Of a DNA stretch of 64,000 nucleotides, positions 23,640-37,318 are shown in pieces. The notes beneath the pieces are model-generated. The model searched no databases, had not been told where the DNA came from, and saw nothing but the letters and a program-made list of their open reading frames with translations. This DNA comes from Sminthopsis crassicaudata (Eukaryota): contig NC_133619.1 in assembly GCF_048593235.1 (NCBI RefSeq), positions 507,125,644 to 507,189,643 of the forward strand, given 5' to 3'. Position numbers and translations under genes: made by a program. Positions within the stretch are counted from its first letter, which is position 1. Each line of letters starts with the position of its first letter.

Positions 23640-24544
23640 CCACCTGCCGGATGTCCTCTTATCCATTTGTGCATTCTTTCCAGTGTCTCCATTGCCACCA
23701 GCTGATTCCTTTACTCTTTCCATTCTAAAATCCCTCCATTTCTTCCCTTTCCCCACTTTTGTCCTTGTTTGGAGGTGTTGCTGAGTGAATAAATGCTAGG
23801 CAAGAAAGGTAGGGAACTGTGAGCTGATAGAAATGGATAACTGTCTCCTTCCTTTCCCTTCCTCTCCCCTCCTTTGACTGAGTATCTGAGAGAAAATACT
23901 TGCATAAATCCCTCTCTCCACCAACTCGTTGCCCCTGGAGAGATGGGCTTCTCTCTTCTATAGATCCTCAACTGTATCTTCTTAACCTGTTGTTTATGTG
24001 GCTTATTCCTGGCATTAAGTCTGGCAAATCCGCTTCTGATCGCCTGATCCAACATTTGTTTCAGGCATTTGGGGTTGTCAGAGTCCATCAGCAGGGTTTC
24101 TTTCCTATTGCTCAGAGGGCTCTGACCAGGCAAGACCTGCCAGTGGGGCAGTACTGGGGAGTCTCTGGGATTAGAAGCAGAAGCTCTGACTTTGAGTCAA
24201 AACTCCACGGATTATTACCTCCATCTAAGCCATTATACTTAATGTCAAGAGGCTTAAACACTGAAAAATAGCATATTATTAGGTCACAGGACTTTGTATT
24301 TACCAGAAAGTTGTGTTAATTAATACACTTTAGGAAAAATTGTATAGAAAAAAGACCCTTGGTTAACCAGTAAATTTGTTTAACCCAAGGAGGCACTTTG
24401 GTTTAGTGGCCAGGATCCTTGAGTCAGGAGAGCAGGGCTTAAGCCCTGGCTCTGTCATTAATTAACTATGTGATCTGGGAGAAGCCATTTCCCTCCTTCA
24501 GACCTCAAGATGCCTATTCTGTAAAATAGACTGGATAGATGGTC

Positions 24545-24665
24545 TCCATGTTCCCTCCTAGTTCTAACATTCTATATTCTAAGGTCCTTATAAGCTCTAA
24601 TATTTGGTGTTCTAAGGCCCTCGTAATTCTGACATTCTGTATTCTAAGGTCCTTTCAATTTGGAT
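24545..24665 (+). repeat. 33-bp SINE-tail minisatellite, about 4 units
   Basis: cctagttctaacattctatattctaaggtccttataagctctaatatttggtgttctaaggccctcgtaattctgacattctgtattctaaggtcc. Confidence 0.75.
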
Positions 24666-25299
24666 AGTCTAGAGCTATTTTTCTGAGAAAATTGTTTTCA
24701 TAATATTAGGAAAACCATTCAGACCAACATGGATCAGATTTCTTGATCAGTTTACTACCAAGAACATTCAGGAAAATGGAAAGAAAACATGTCTTTCTTT
24801 CATGAAATGGTCAGACTGATATTACTTCACAGGGCTTTCAGTAGGAGTTACAGAGATAAGAGTCACTATGACAACTCTTTTCTACTCTATTAACATTTTT
24901 ATTCAGATAAAATTAGCTTAATTTAAGATCCATTGGAGGAAAAGAACTCTGACTGTAGGGAAATAAATTTACTTCTCTGGTCCAAGTTTCTTGATCTGTA
25001 AAAAATAGTATTAGAAGGGTAAAAGCTTACCTATTTGAAGGCATGGAAGGGGTCTCTTTCATCTCTAAAAGTTATAATATCATGAATTTAGAACCTGACA
25101 CTCCGAAAGGTGGAAGTGATTTCCCTGGGGTCATGTAGTTAGTAAGCATCATACTGGGAATTGAAGAGTTGGAAGAGATCTCTTGAGTCGTGTGGTTTAA
25201 GCTGTAGCTGGACAAGAATCCCCTTTCTCACAAAAGGGATATTTCAGATGCAGCCCATTCTCCTTCTGAGATGTATTAAAAGAGATTTCTTTTGCATCT

Positions 25300-25775
25300 T
25301 TGGAATCTTGGGTTCTATTCTAGGTACCGTATTTTAGGAGGAAAGTTGACAATTTACATCATATCTAGTGGAGGGTGAACAAGATAATGAGTGGAAACTT
25401 TGCCATCTAGCAATCAGGGTGTTTAACTTAGTGAAGAGAAAACTTTGGAGAAACAGGGGAGCTTCAAGTCTCTGAAACACTGTCATGCAGAGGAGGAATG
25501 TGGCTTCTTACTATTTAGATTTAGAAAGTATAATGTAGACCAGTGGTTCAGAAGGAAGCCTGTTTCAAATTGGTTAACCATTGGAGCTGTCCACAAGTGT
25601 AATGTATTGTCGAATGAGTGAATGAGTAAGTGATCTCTCTGTCAATGGAGATCTTCAAATAGACATTGGATGATCCTTTGTCAGGGGTGCTGCAGATGAA
25701 ACAATGCCTTTGGTTGGTGAGTTGGTCAGACTTCTCTCTGAGGTACCTTCCAGTTTTTGACTCTCTTTGATCTTG
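25300..25775 (+). mobile_element. L3/CR1 ORF2 3' end
   Basis: gtgtttaacttagtgaagagaaaact...cttcaagtctctgaaacactgtcatgcagaggagg...cactctctgtcaatggagatcttcaa-like motifs...gaggtaccttccag. Confidence 0.7.
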
Positions 25776-26859
25776 ATTCTATTCCAAGAGACATATAATA
25801 TGATACATCTGTTTTAATTTCTAATTCATATCAGCATCTGGTAAGCAGCTAGAGGCTAGAAGTTCTGGCCAAAGGGGGTTGTTCTCAGGAATGATCATTT
25901 TTGTATTTGGAAAGCTTGGATTTTTCTAAATATTAGTTTGAGACTTGCAAGATGCTAGAGGGTGCCTGCTAAGGGAGGATGATATGATGGGTTTAAGCTC
26001 CATGTGGTAGTCTGGAGGTCTTCTCTCTGCTGCTGTCTTTAGTCCAGGTGCTCACCTTCTGTTGGGGGAAATGTGAAACTAGGGGCCCTTTGATCAGGCT
26101 TAATAAATGAGCTGCTGAAAGAGCCCTCCTTGGCAGAGCCTTGGCTCTGTCTCAGCTTCTAAGGTGGACATTAACATAGGTGTAGTGTATGTATACATGT
26201 GTTTTCTCTCACTCCTTCTAGATGGTGAACATTTTCTAATGGTGTGGTTAAAAGAGCCTCAGAATTGTCTTCAGAAGACTTTCCAAACGTTAAATCCTGC
26301 TTCTGACATTTTTAAACTGATTTTGAGCAAGTCATTCATAACTTTGGGGTCTTGGTTTTTTCATATGTGGAATGGGCATAATACTTCATGGAATTGTGGT
26401 GAGGAAAGTCTTTTGAAAACCCTAAAAAGTTACAGAGTTAAACTCAAATTGTTTTTCCCCAAAGTGCTTCTTGGTTACTTACTATGTCAAACTTCTATGC
26501 TAACTTATCCAGGAGAATAACCCTTGAATACCTAATACTCTAGTAGGGGAGGGAGGTAAGGCAAATATACAAATTACTATAATAAAAGGTAGAATATACC
26601 ATATACCCAAAGATGGGAGTTACAGAGTACCTTAAGAATTTAAAGTATCCTTTACTTTTTACTTTACATAATAAGGACATACCCTTCCATGTTTGAGAAA
26701 TGTTTGTTTAATACATAATATTTGCTGGTAAGAATAGCAAGCATTTACATAGCATTTTATGATTTGTAAAGCATTTTACATGTATTATTTCATTTGGTCC
26801 TCATAAAAATCCTTGTGAGATGGGTGCTATGATTGTTGTTGTTATTATTATTGCTGTTC

Positions 26860-27060
26860 AATTGTTTTTGAGTCATGTCTGACTCTTTGTGACCCATTTG
26901 GAGTGGTTTGCCTTCTCCAGCTCATTTTACAGATGAGGAAACTGAGGCAGAGTTAAGTGACTTGCCCAGATTCACACAACTTGTGTCTGAGGCTAGATTT
27001 AGAACTTGTTTTCCTGACTGCAGACCTGGTGCTCTATCCACTATGCCACCTACCTGCCTG
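26860..27060 (-). mobile_element. MAR1-type SINE
   Basis: gagtcatgtctgactctttgtgaccc...ttctccagctcattttacagatgaggaaactgaggcagagttaagtgacttgccc. Confidence 0.85.
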
Positions 27061-27340
27061 ATTATTCCTATTTTAATTAATTGACCAACCCAAGTTTATT
27101 TGTGTCCACGATGATACCAGGCCCCTTGCTAAGGACTGAAGAAACTAAGAAAGGAAAATAAATGGTCTTCAGTCTCAAGAGCTCCCAATCTGATGAAGAA
27201 AATGAGCTTGAGAAAGAATAAATCATATTCCCAGACTCACATAATTAGCAAATGTCTGGATCAGATAGAGATTCCTTCCTTCCTCACTTTCAGCACTCCA
27301 TCCATTTGGTTTCCATAATGATTTTTTTAAAGTTGTGAGA

Positions 27341-27598
27341 CTTTTTGTTTGTTGTTGTTTGTTTGCTTGCTTTTTTCTTTCTTGTGTTTTTTCCTTTTTT
27401 GATCTGATTTTTCTTGTGCAGCATAGTGAATATGGAAATATGTTTAGAAGAATTGCACATGTTTAACCTATATCAGATTTATTGATGATTTGTGGAGGGG
27501 AAAGAGGGAGAAAAATTTGAAACACAAGGTTTTGCAGAGATGAATGCTGAAAATGATCTTTGCATGTATTTGATGAAATAAAAAACTATTAAAAAATA
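27341..27598 (+). mobile_element. L1 3' UTR end with degenerate TSD
   Basis: gatctgatttttcttgtgcagcat...ggaaatatgtttagaagaattgcacatgtttaacc. TSD aaagttgtgaga (27329-27340) versus aaaactgtgaga (27599-27610). Confidence 0.8.
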
Positions 27599-27934
27599 AA
27601 AACTGTGAGAGGAGATAATAATATCCATATTAGAACAACAAGTACACTCGCATTGAAACCAGAAAATTTGGGTTACTATTTTTTTGTTCCCTACTTCAGG
27701 TATAAAGACCCTTTTTGTGCCCTTGTGGTCTTATCTGTAAAATGAGGGGGTAAGACAAAAAAATCTAATTAGCTCATAAAATTGTTTCAAGGCTAAATGA
27801 AATTATATATGTAAAATCTCTGAGAACTTTATATATATATATCTCAGCTCTCCATTATCATCAAAGAAAGAAGTAATATTCTGCGTGAGACCTTTGTTTT
27901 TTCTAGTCAGTATTAGTAAAAGAGCATCAAAGTG

Positions 27935-28150
27935 GTGCTATGCATAGAGTGCCAGGCCTGGAGCCAGGAATATTTGAGTTAAAAAACAATATCAGACACT
28001 TATTAGATGTGTGAGCAAATTACTTACCCCTGTTTACCTCAGTTTCCTCATGCGTAAACTGACCTGGAGAAGAAATGGCAAACCACTCTAGTATCTTTAC
28101 CAAAGAAAACTCCAAATGGAAATTACAAAGAGTTGGACACAGCTGAAAAA
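27935..28150 (+). mobile_element. MAR1-type SINE
   Basis: ggtggtgctatgcatagagtgccaggcctggagccagg...agaaatggcaaaccactctagtatcttt...agagttggacacagctgaa. Confidence 0.8.
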
Positions 28151-28889
28151 AGTAAGGGTTCAGTTAAAGCTATGTAACATAAATTTATAATAGATTGTCA
28201 GAATGATTGCATGATCTTCTCCACCTTCATTCAGCAACACATGTGTAAGACCAAAGGCAACAAATGGCAGAATAATTCCAAAGGTGAGGCTTGACTGGAT
28301 GTAATCAGCAGTACAATAAGTGAGGTAAGAATTCAAGAAAGAATAGGGAACAGTTAAATTGATTCAACAAGGAATCAAGATGGAGAGAAGAAAGGGTGTC
28401 CAGTGCAGAGAAGATGACCTGGAAGAGAATTGAGGCTAAAAGATGATTAAAAACCCTTTCCTTAAATGAGATTATTTAATTCAATAATTTCCCCTCCCAT
28501 ATAAATAAATGTCAGCTTTTATTGTTAAGCAGCTGTATATTATAATGGATGGAAGGTCAATCTCAAAGTGAGGAAGGCCATTCCCTCTTTTAACTTTACT
28601 TGCTTCCTAACTGAGCAATCCATATTCAAAATGACCTTCTAAGAGTTTACACTGTTGAATAGTTACAGATCTTTATTAGTAGAGGGAGTTTCTTCACTGG
28701 GAGAGTTTTAATACAGATTAAATCACTTCTGTTCCACAAATATCTATTTTGTGTAAGATTGCACAGCTTCTCAAATAAAAATCAGGAGTAGAATTTGTAA
28801 GAATTGTAAAAAAAAATTTAAAAGGGAAAAATTATGATCTCAGACAAAGCTAAAGCTAAAATAGATTTAATCAAAACAGAAAAATAGGA

Positions 28890-29540
28890 AAACTATACTA
28901 TATGTGAGCCATATTTGCCACTATTTGTTTTAGACTATTTAAAATAAGCAGACAGTATAAGGATGGAATATTGTTGTGGTGGTGTTGAAAATGATTACTT
29001 GATGGAGTTAGAAATATAGACTTGGACTTATGAAGGATATTATCCACCTTCAGAGAAACAGAGGACAAACAAGCACAGTGTGATCTTACATAAATACATA
29101 TGTAGATATGTATATGATTATAGATATCTAAGTATAGATGTGTGTATATATGTATATGTTTGTGTGTATGTATATATGGCTGTATGCATATGTGCATATA
29201 CACATATGTGTAAGTAAATATGTACATATGTATGTATATAATGATATGAATATATAGATATAGATATATAGCCATGCTTAATTGCAACCTTCTTGAGGAG
29301 AGGGGGAGGAAGGGAAAAGAAGAATAAAGTAAAAAGTACACAGTAGAGAGCAAAAGAAGACCTTTAAGAAAGCAATGATAGACAACTCTGAATACAATGC
29401 ATGGTATTTATTATATAGGCTTTCTTGAAATGATAATTTATTACTTCACTTTTTGCATCCTCTCCTATGTTTTGTTATGCTTATGACAGTGCTTTTTCTT
29501 CTTTTTCTATTTTTTTTTCTTTAAGTTTACAATAATTCTT
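28890..29540 (+). mobile_element. Old L1 3' fragment with internal (TA/CA)-rich expansion
   Basis: gaatattgttgtg...gacttatgaagg...tatccaccttcagagaaacaga, then ggagagggggagaagggaaaagaagaataaag...ctttcttgaaatg. Confidence 0.55.
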
Positions 29541-30964
29541 TTTAATCACACAAGCTTTATTGTGGCAGAGTTGACTCCTTGATCATGAAGCCAGTATGTT
29601 TCCCAATATAGCCTGATGTTCTAAGAGCTACCCCTTGTCTCTCGGTCCTATGCAAGAGATACTACTGGGATTAATATTTCCATTTTGTACATGAGAAAAT
29701 TGAAGCGGAATGTAGCACATTGAATAGATTGTAAATCAGGAAAAAATGAGTTCGGATCTTGCTTTTGAAATATCTTGTTATTTAGTCATGTCCAATACTT
29801 TCTGATCCCATTCCTTCTCCAACTCATCTTACAGATAAGGAAACTGAGGCAAGCAGGGTTAACACCCAGGATCATACACTCAGAAGTATCTGAAGCTGGA
29901 TTTGAACTCACGTCCTCCTAACTTTTGGCTCAGTGCTCTATCCACAGGGCCATCTCATTGTCTTGTGCCACTTAGCTGCCCTGCTTCTGACACTTACTAG
30001 TTATTTTGAGTTGAGTAAGACATAATTTAGTTCTCTAGACTTCAGAGAAGAAGGGGGAGAAAGAAGAAAAGAAGGAAGAGAAAAAGGAGAAGGAAATGAT
30101 TATATAGGGATTTTAAAGGTTTGCAAAATGCTTTACAAATATTGTCTGATTTCATCTTCATCCTTCACCCTGTGAAGGTGATTCTATTATCTTTATTTTA
30201 TAATGGAGGAAACAGAAGCAAGCTTAGGTTAAGTAATTTGATCAGAATCACATAGCTAGTGAGTATCTGGGGGCTGGATTTTTAATCCCAGATCTTCCTA
30301 ACTCCAGCTCCATCCCCAGTACCATCAAGCCACCCAGCAAGTAACCTGGCTTCAGAAGACCCATATGTAAAATTATGGGTTTGGACCTAGCCTCCTAAGT
30401 CCCTTTAGATTGTAAATCTATGATCCTATAATTTATTACCCTTGGTCACATAGCCAGAAGGGGCCAAAGGAAAGATCTGTTCATGGACCTTGCTGACTCC
30501 AAATCCTGCATACTACCCACTACCCCATGCTGTTGGCTGTTTTCAGACAAATCCTAGGATCAAAAGTCCTTGTGAATCTTTCACTGAAGAATATTTTTAG
30601 TCTCTTATCCTAAGTAATTAGTGAAGATGAGTTACAAAGCAATTATTCCTCCTATAAATGTATTTCCACTACTTGGCCATTTCTAAAGCTTAATTACAAA
30701 TTGTTTAGATCACAATTGTTTCTAGAAAATGTTCTAGCTTCAAGGAGAAGGAAATCTCTTGAAGGATCACCATCACTTTTGCAGTGAGTGGATCTCCCTG
30801 CCCCATCCCCTGCTCTCTCCACCTCCATATATACTTTGAGATGAAACTAGTAAAGTGGGCCACATTAGTTCTGCATCAGCTCTCCAGCTGGCAAGAATGA
30901 GTGGCAATTTATCGGAAGGATTCAAAAGACAGAAAAGGCCAAAGACACAGATGACTTATGGGGG

Positions 30965-31110
30965 ATTCCTGGAGGAGAAAGACAGAAACAGAGATAAACT
31001 TACAAAGACAGAGACAGAAAGACAGACAGAGAGATGGAAATAAATAGAAGCACACCAAGAGACAAAGAGAGAAAAAGAAGTGGAGGGGAGACAGAGACCC
31101 AGAGAGAAAA
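30965..31110 (+). repeat. Degenerate (GACAGA/GA)n purine-rich repeat
   Basis: aaagacagaaacagagataaacttacaaagacagagacagaaagacagacagagag. Confidence 0.8.
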
Positions 31111-32329
31111 CTGTTTTTAGGTGAGTAATGCTTTTCTCTCCCCCCCCCAAGTCATACATCTCTCAGCATTGCTCTCCCACTCCACTAGAAAGAGACAGGC
31201 CTCTTCAGAAAACTGCCTCTTTGGAAATAATTATTATTTAGTGTTGGTGTTAGACGTGGACTTTTCATTTTAAAATGCTTCACTATCATTAGTTCATCAT
31301 CGTTCTTTGGATAGCATGGAGGAAATCAAAACTCTAATTTAGGCCTTTCAATAGCCCTGCTCAATGGGTTAATAGTGTAATCCCTGCTGCTAGCTAGGAT
31401 GGATGGGGTAAGCAGAGGGGCTTTTTAAAGTCCCCAAGCTTGTCAGATTCTGTTTAGATTAAAAAGATTAAATCTTGCCTTTACTCCTCCAAAGAATCAT
31501 CATTAGCAGATATTTGTTAAATGTCTGCATAATTGGGGCACTGGAAATGCAAAAGAAAGCATACTAATCTGAGAGATGGGAGACCCATACTATTCTGGGG
31601 TCAGCCACCATGTCCCCTCTGGCAAGTTCCTTCATATTTCAGGATCCCAGTTCCCTTACGTATAAATTAGGGGGGATTGATTCAATGATTTCTAAGGTCC
31701 CTTTTGACTTAATCATTCTATGATCCTGTCATCTCCAAGGTCTCTTAGAGCAATATGAAGAAGGTTTTTTTGTAGCTCTATTTAGGAAGGAAAGAATGAA
31801 GGAAGAAAAAAACTAGTATGTATTTAAACACTTATGTACCAGATATTTTGCTAAGTGCTTTGCAAATATTATCTCATTCAGTACTCACAACAACCCTGTG
31901 ATAGGGGAGGTGCTATTGATATTGCTATATTATTGTTGAGAAAACTGAGGTAGACAAAAGTTAAGTGATCTGCCCCAGGCTCACCCAATTAGGATGTCTA
32001 AGAATGAATTTGAACTTTCTAATTCCAAAACTAGTGTTCTAGCTACCACAACATCTAGCTGCTCCTGTGTGTTTTATGGATGCCTGGTTAGTTTGACACC
32101 ATACCCCATTTTTATATATTACCCTTTCATCCCATCCTATCCTCTTCATGGAACCTAGATTGCAACAAGAAAATTCATCAAGTAGAACCAATGGAACCTG
32201 ATATCTATGCCTGGAAGGATATGAATTATTACATATCCATAGTCCACCATCTTTCTTCCTATTGTCTATTCTTTGGCACAAAGATCGACTATCATAGTTA
32301 CTCAGAATATGATTTCCTTTTAGCCTTTT

Positions 32330-32650
32330 TTCATCCCCAACATTTCAGTCATTTTTTCAGATTCTGATAGTTTTACTCTGCATCAGTTCAAACAAGTCTT
32401 CCCAAGTTTCCCTAAATTCCTTATTTCTTACTACACACACATACACACAAACAAAAATCCATAACTATGATCTTGTATTGTTTCAAGTATTTCCCCAGTC
32501 ATAGAATGTTCATTGTGTTTCAAATTATCAACTGCCATAAAAATGCTTCTGTGGATAGTGTGGTCTATGTGGGAACTTTCTTTCTCTGTTTGACTTCGTT
32601 ATGCTATATGCCAGCAATGGGGATCTCTGGGTTTGAAGGACTTCTAGCAA
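32330..32650 (-). mobile_element. Old L1 fragment
   Basis: ttactctgcatcagttcaaacaagtcttcccaagtttcc...tttccccagtcatagaatg...atgccagcaatgggatctctggg. Confidence 0.55.
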
Positions 32651-33836
32651 ACTCTGACTAATTCTTAATCAGGGAAAAGGCTCTTCTTCCAGCATGGAAT
32701 AGATTAGGCTTTCTTTGACATCCCTCCTAGGTGTAAAATTCTGTGACACTTCAAATAAAGGTGGGAAATTTAATATGAGCCTAATTAAATGTTATTGGAA
32801 TTGAAAGCAATTTGAGTTTAAATTGGTAAAAAGCACACTGGCCTGAGAATCAGAAAACATGGATTCTAGATCTGGTTCCTTCGTTATCTTGCTCTCTCAT
32901 CCTATCCTAAGCAAATAATGCCCATGGTCACTTAGAGCCAGGACAAGGCTAGGTGTAGAGAAAAAGGCAGGAAAAGTGCTCCCCAGCATTTTAGCAAGTG
33001 CTTTGCCTCTTCTCTGGAATACATGATACTTTACTTACATCAAACTCAATCATTTCTTGACCTCCTTGGGACTCAGTTTCTTCATCTGTTAAATGTGTTG
33101 GTTTGCCGCTATGATGCTCACTGAAGATCCCTTCCTTTTAAAATGATTTTATAGTTCTGTTGTAAAGCAGTGTTTCTCATCGTTTTTTCCCCTCTTTCTG
33201 CTTCTGCTTTCTGAAGGGAAGACCCAGGAATGGGCCTAGGAAAGAACCAAAGAATGCTTTAAGAAGTCTTGATATGAGCTCTACTGCCCTGCAGCAGTTA
33301 ATTCCACTAGCTGAATTGCTTTAAAGGAGACAGTCTTTGAAATCAAATACATCTAATGAAATAGCACTAGCCTTTCATTAAATATTCAACAAAGGGCTCG
33401 AGTTGGATAAGAGCTGTCAATCAGAGCTGGGCTATTGTTCCCATTCCCCTCTCTTAATTGGCATCTGTCTGGAGAAAAACAAACAAACACCAAGCTAGCA
33501 TTTTAAGGAGGGCAGCATTGAATGGTGCTACTTTCCACCTCTGAACTCCTTCCTCAGACTGTAGGGAATAAAAGAAAAAAAAAAAGAAAAAATGAGATTT
33601 GTTTAAAGAAACTTTCTTCCCAGGCCTTGGGAAGGGGGTAAGATGGGCATGGTGTAGTGAAGGAGTACTGGAACTAAAGCTGGACACAACAGAGTTTTGA
33701 GTCCCCATTCTACTTAATAGAAGAACTGTGATAGGGAGAGAGATCAGTCTTTTTTCAGCCACATCTGACTATTCTTGACCCAAAATGGGGTTTTCTTGAC
33801 AAAGATACAGAATACTTGACATTTTATTTTCCAGAT

Positions 33837-34285
33837 TGTTGGGGTTCAAAGAAAGCCCCCAAAATTTGGGATTTCAGAATGGTATCTTGAGATGTCTGAA
33901 AAGAATTTGCAGGCTCGGACCCATCTCCAAGTCAAGTGACAAAATTTATTATAATTGTAATGCAGTTAAATCAGGCTAAGTTCGGAAAGAATTTAGCAAA
34001 GAACCAGGAGCAAGAAGATAAATTTTATAGGAAAAAAGAAAGATCTTCATGTCACTGATATGCTCATTTTGTAGCTTACAAGTAGAATTGAAGAATGGTT
34101 TTAGAATTGAATTCTATGGCTTAGATTGTCTCAGAAACCTTGTCATTACTGACCAATAGATTGTTAACTGACAACCAGCATTGTTTGTGGAACTACTGTA
34201 TTCCCAAGACCAAGTGGCCTTAAAGTTAAGGCCAGGTATCCTAATGGTTATTGCTACATCCTCCCTAGGAGATATATTACTTCAT
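33837..34285. mobile_element. Possible old LTR-like insertion splitting a MAR1 SINE
   Basis: MAR1 halves (about 33760-33836 and 34290-34420) are separated by unrelated sequence beginning tgttggggttc, with a minus-strand AATAAA (tttatt about 33945). No convincing TSD. Confidence 0.35.
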
Positions 34286-34799
34286 CATGGTTATTTTACA
34301 GATAAAGAAACTGAGGAAAACCGTTTAAGTGACTTGCCCAGAGTTACATATCTAGTACATTTCTGAGGCTAGATTTGGACTTAGGAATATGAGTCTTCAT
34401 GACTCCAGACCAAACACTCTAAGTGCCCTTGAAGGAAGAGAGCACTGAGTAATTCTTTTTATCTCTCTAAAGCTCCATTATCCTTTCTGTATAGTGGGCA
34501 TCCTAAGATGTCATTCATCCCCATGATTTTCAGTTACTAAATCTAAAAAAGTGACTCCAGTATTATCTGTATTAACTACTCCATAGGATTGAAATGAAGA
34601 TCAAAGGTGAAAATATCTGTAGAGTGTATTGTGCAAAGTACAATGATGTATAAATTCTGCTTTTAGTGTTTCTAGTGAGGGGTCTAGAAGGTTCCTCTCT
34701 TACTGTCCTCAGCAAAGCTGTTTCTCTGAAGAATTTTTATTCCCACTGTTTCTGCAGAAGCCATTCAGATAAAAATATCATGGTTATTATCATAATAAT

Positions 34800-35140
34800 G
34801 CACTTCATAGATTCATAGACTCTCTGAGGTAGAAAGGATCTGACATGTAATTTGGTCCAATCCCCTATCCAGTAGAGAAATCCCTTCTAACAGCATCCCT
34901 GATGAGGACTCAGCCAGCCTCATCTTTAAGACTTGTGTTAATGGTGATTTTGCAGCTGTCTAAAACAGCCCATCATACTTTAGAGTAACTGCTCTTCTTA
35001 GAAAGCTTTTCCTAACATCAAGCCTCAATCTGTCCTTCTGCTCCTTCCACCCATCATTCTTTGGTTTGTTCTTTGGGTCAGAACAGAGAAGGCCTAATTC
35101 CTCTTTCTTGCAACAACCCTTTAGATGTTTAGATATTTGA
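34800..35140 (-). mobile_element. L3/CR1 3' end
   Basis: catagattcatagac...ggtccaatcccct...cagcatccctgatgag...agaaagcttttcctaacatcaagcc. Confidence 0.7.
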
Positions 35141-35210
35141 AGATCACTAGACAGAAACTCCTTAAAGGTTTAGCTTTTTGTTTCAGAATTCCTAAGAAAT
35201 AAAGGATAAG

Positions 35211-35531
35211 CAGAGAGAACTAAGGAGACAAAATGTGGATTGAAGCATAATATTTTCACCTTTTTTGTTGTTTACTTGCTTGTTTTGTTTTTTTTCTCAT
35301 GTTTTTTTCACTTTTGATGTGATTTTTCTTGCATAGCATGACAGATATGGAAATATGTTTAGAAGAATTGCACATGTTTAACCTATATCAGATTTGTTAC
35401 TGTCACAGGGAGTGAGGGGGAGGAGAAAATTTTGGAACACAAAGCTTTGCAGAGATGAATGTTGAAAACTATCTTTGTATGTATTTAGAAAAATAAAATA
35501 CCATAATAAAAAACAAAGATGAGGGAAGAAA
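35211..35531 (+). mobile_element. L1 3' end with perfect 17-bp TSD
   Basis: TSD aagaaataaaggataag at 35194-35210 and 35532-35548. Body tattttcaccttttttgttg...ggaaatatgtttagaagaattgcacatg. Confidence 0.88.
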
Positions 35532-35799
35532 AAGAAATAAAGGATAAGGATACAATAAATATACCATAAAGCAAACCATTTATTATTATGAATTCTTCTG
35601 CCATCACATTTTTATTTCTTCCCTACCTTAATAGAGTATATAAGCTGACTTGGCCAAGGAGAAAAAAACAAACCTAACAACAAAATTTTGTCTGATGGCT
35701 ACTTCTGATATTGGTCTCTTGTCTATCTAAAGTAAGCTAAGCTGGTCGTTGGTCAGCAGATCACCAGCTCAGAATTCCTAGCCTTTCTATAGATGTTTC

Positions 35800-35950
35800 T
35801 AGCAAGAGAGTAGAGCTTTTTGACATGTGTCTCAGACCCCTTTGGCAGTCTGGTGAAGCCTATGGCTGCTCCCTTCTCAGAATTGTTTTTAAATGCACAA
35901 AATTAAATATACACAATTACAAAGGAAATCAATTGTGTTGAAATACAGTA
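35800..35950 (+). mobile_element. Non-autonomous hAT-Charlie-type DNA transposon fragment
   Basis: cccctttggcagtctggtgaagcctatgg...cccttctcagaat...aattacaaaggaaatcaattgtgttgaaatacagt. Confidence 0.65.
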
Positions 35951-35957
35951 ATCCATA

Positions 35958-36185
35958 GGGCAGCTGAGTGGTACAGTGGGTAGAACACTGGGCCTTGAGT
36001 CAGGAAGACTCATCTCCCTGAATTCAAATTCAGTCTGTATCTGTGGGACCCTGGCAAGTCACATAACCTTAACTACCTCAATTTGCTCTTCTGTAAAATG
36101 AACTAGAGAAGGAAATATCAAACTACTCCAGTATCTTTGCCAAGAAAACTCCAAATGGAATCAGTCAGATACAACTGAACAATAA
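35958..36185 (+). mobile_element. MAR1-type SINE
   Basis: gggcagctgagtggtacagtgggtagaacactgggccttgagtcaggaagac...actccagtatctttgccaagaaaactccaaatgg. Confidence 0.85.
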
Positions 36186-36499
36186 TTATATGTATTCACT
36201 TATCTATCTCTGTCTATATACATGTATATGTTGGGTTTTGCTCTTAAAATATATAATATGCTATATAATATATTTTGAAAATATATATTTTCAAAATATA
36301 GTACATATAATAAATGTAAATATATTATATGTTATATATTTTAAATATATTGCATATATTTTATATTTATATATATATAATTTTAAAATATAGTGTTTGT
36401 GTATGTTTTAATCAGCTTCATATGTCTTAAATTCGTAAATCCTGGAAAAGGCTTAGAGCTTGGGTTCTGCTGGTATATTACTTCCCTGCCATTATGTGT

Positions 36500-36850
36500 C
36501 TTCAAAATCACAGAATCTCTCTTTTGGAAGGGAGCAGATAAGTTATTTAGTCTTACCTTACTTTTAAAGAAAGAATCTTTACAAGGTCTCTGACAAATGG
36601 TCATCTAGCCTGGTCTTGAAGATACCCAATGAAGGGAAACATGATACCTAATAAGGCAAGATATTGTATTTTCTAGAAGCTCTAATTTTGAGGAAGATTT
36701 TCCTTGCCTAAGGGAATACTAAAACTGCCTCTCTACCACTTTCACCTATTGCTCCTAGATCTCCTTTGAAGCCATGTAAAATAAGTCTAATAGCTCAAAT
36801 CCATTTCAACCCTTCAAAGAAAGATTCTGATTCTCCCAGAAATTTTCTCT
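36500..36850 (-). mobile_element. L3/CR1 3' fragment
   Basis: acagaatctctcttttggaaggg...ctgacaaatggtcatctagcc...ctagaagctctaattttgaggaagattttcc. Confidence 0.6.
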
Positions 36851-37287
36851 CCCATTTAGTAGAGGATATTTATTTATATATGTTTATATTATGCATTTAT
36901 TAAAAAATAAACATTGCTAATTGCAATGATTTTTAAACAATGCTCCATAACTACAGGGATTCTTAGTCTGAGGTCCTTGAATTTATATACATATATAATT
37001 TTTTTTTAATAATTGTCTTTGAGTATCATTGGTTTAGGGATGGCAAGGTGATACAATGAATAGAAGCCTGAAGTCGGGAAGCTGTGAGTGCAAATAGGAC
37101 CTTACACATTTACTAGCTGTGTGACTGAACAAATCATTTAACTTTGGTTTGCTTCAGTTTCCTCAACAGAAGAAGGGTGACTGTCAAAGGAGTCCATTAC
37201 ACCAAAAATAGGAGTAGGACCTCTTAGAAAAAAAAAATGATGTTTCAGTTTTCTTTCAGCTCTGAGATCCTGTGAATCTCAGTGGTT

Positions 37288-37318
<31 letters not shown>

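Noticed and set aside
23602-23700. Poly(T) as the tail of a minus-strand processed pseudogene
   Set aside because: No properly spaced poly(A) signal, no TSD and no recognisable mRNA behind it.
25835-25840. 6-nt microexon CATCTG (cag|catctg|gtaagc)
   Set aside because: Weak polypyrimidine tract, and the branch-like CTAAT is too close to the AG; easily arises by chance.
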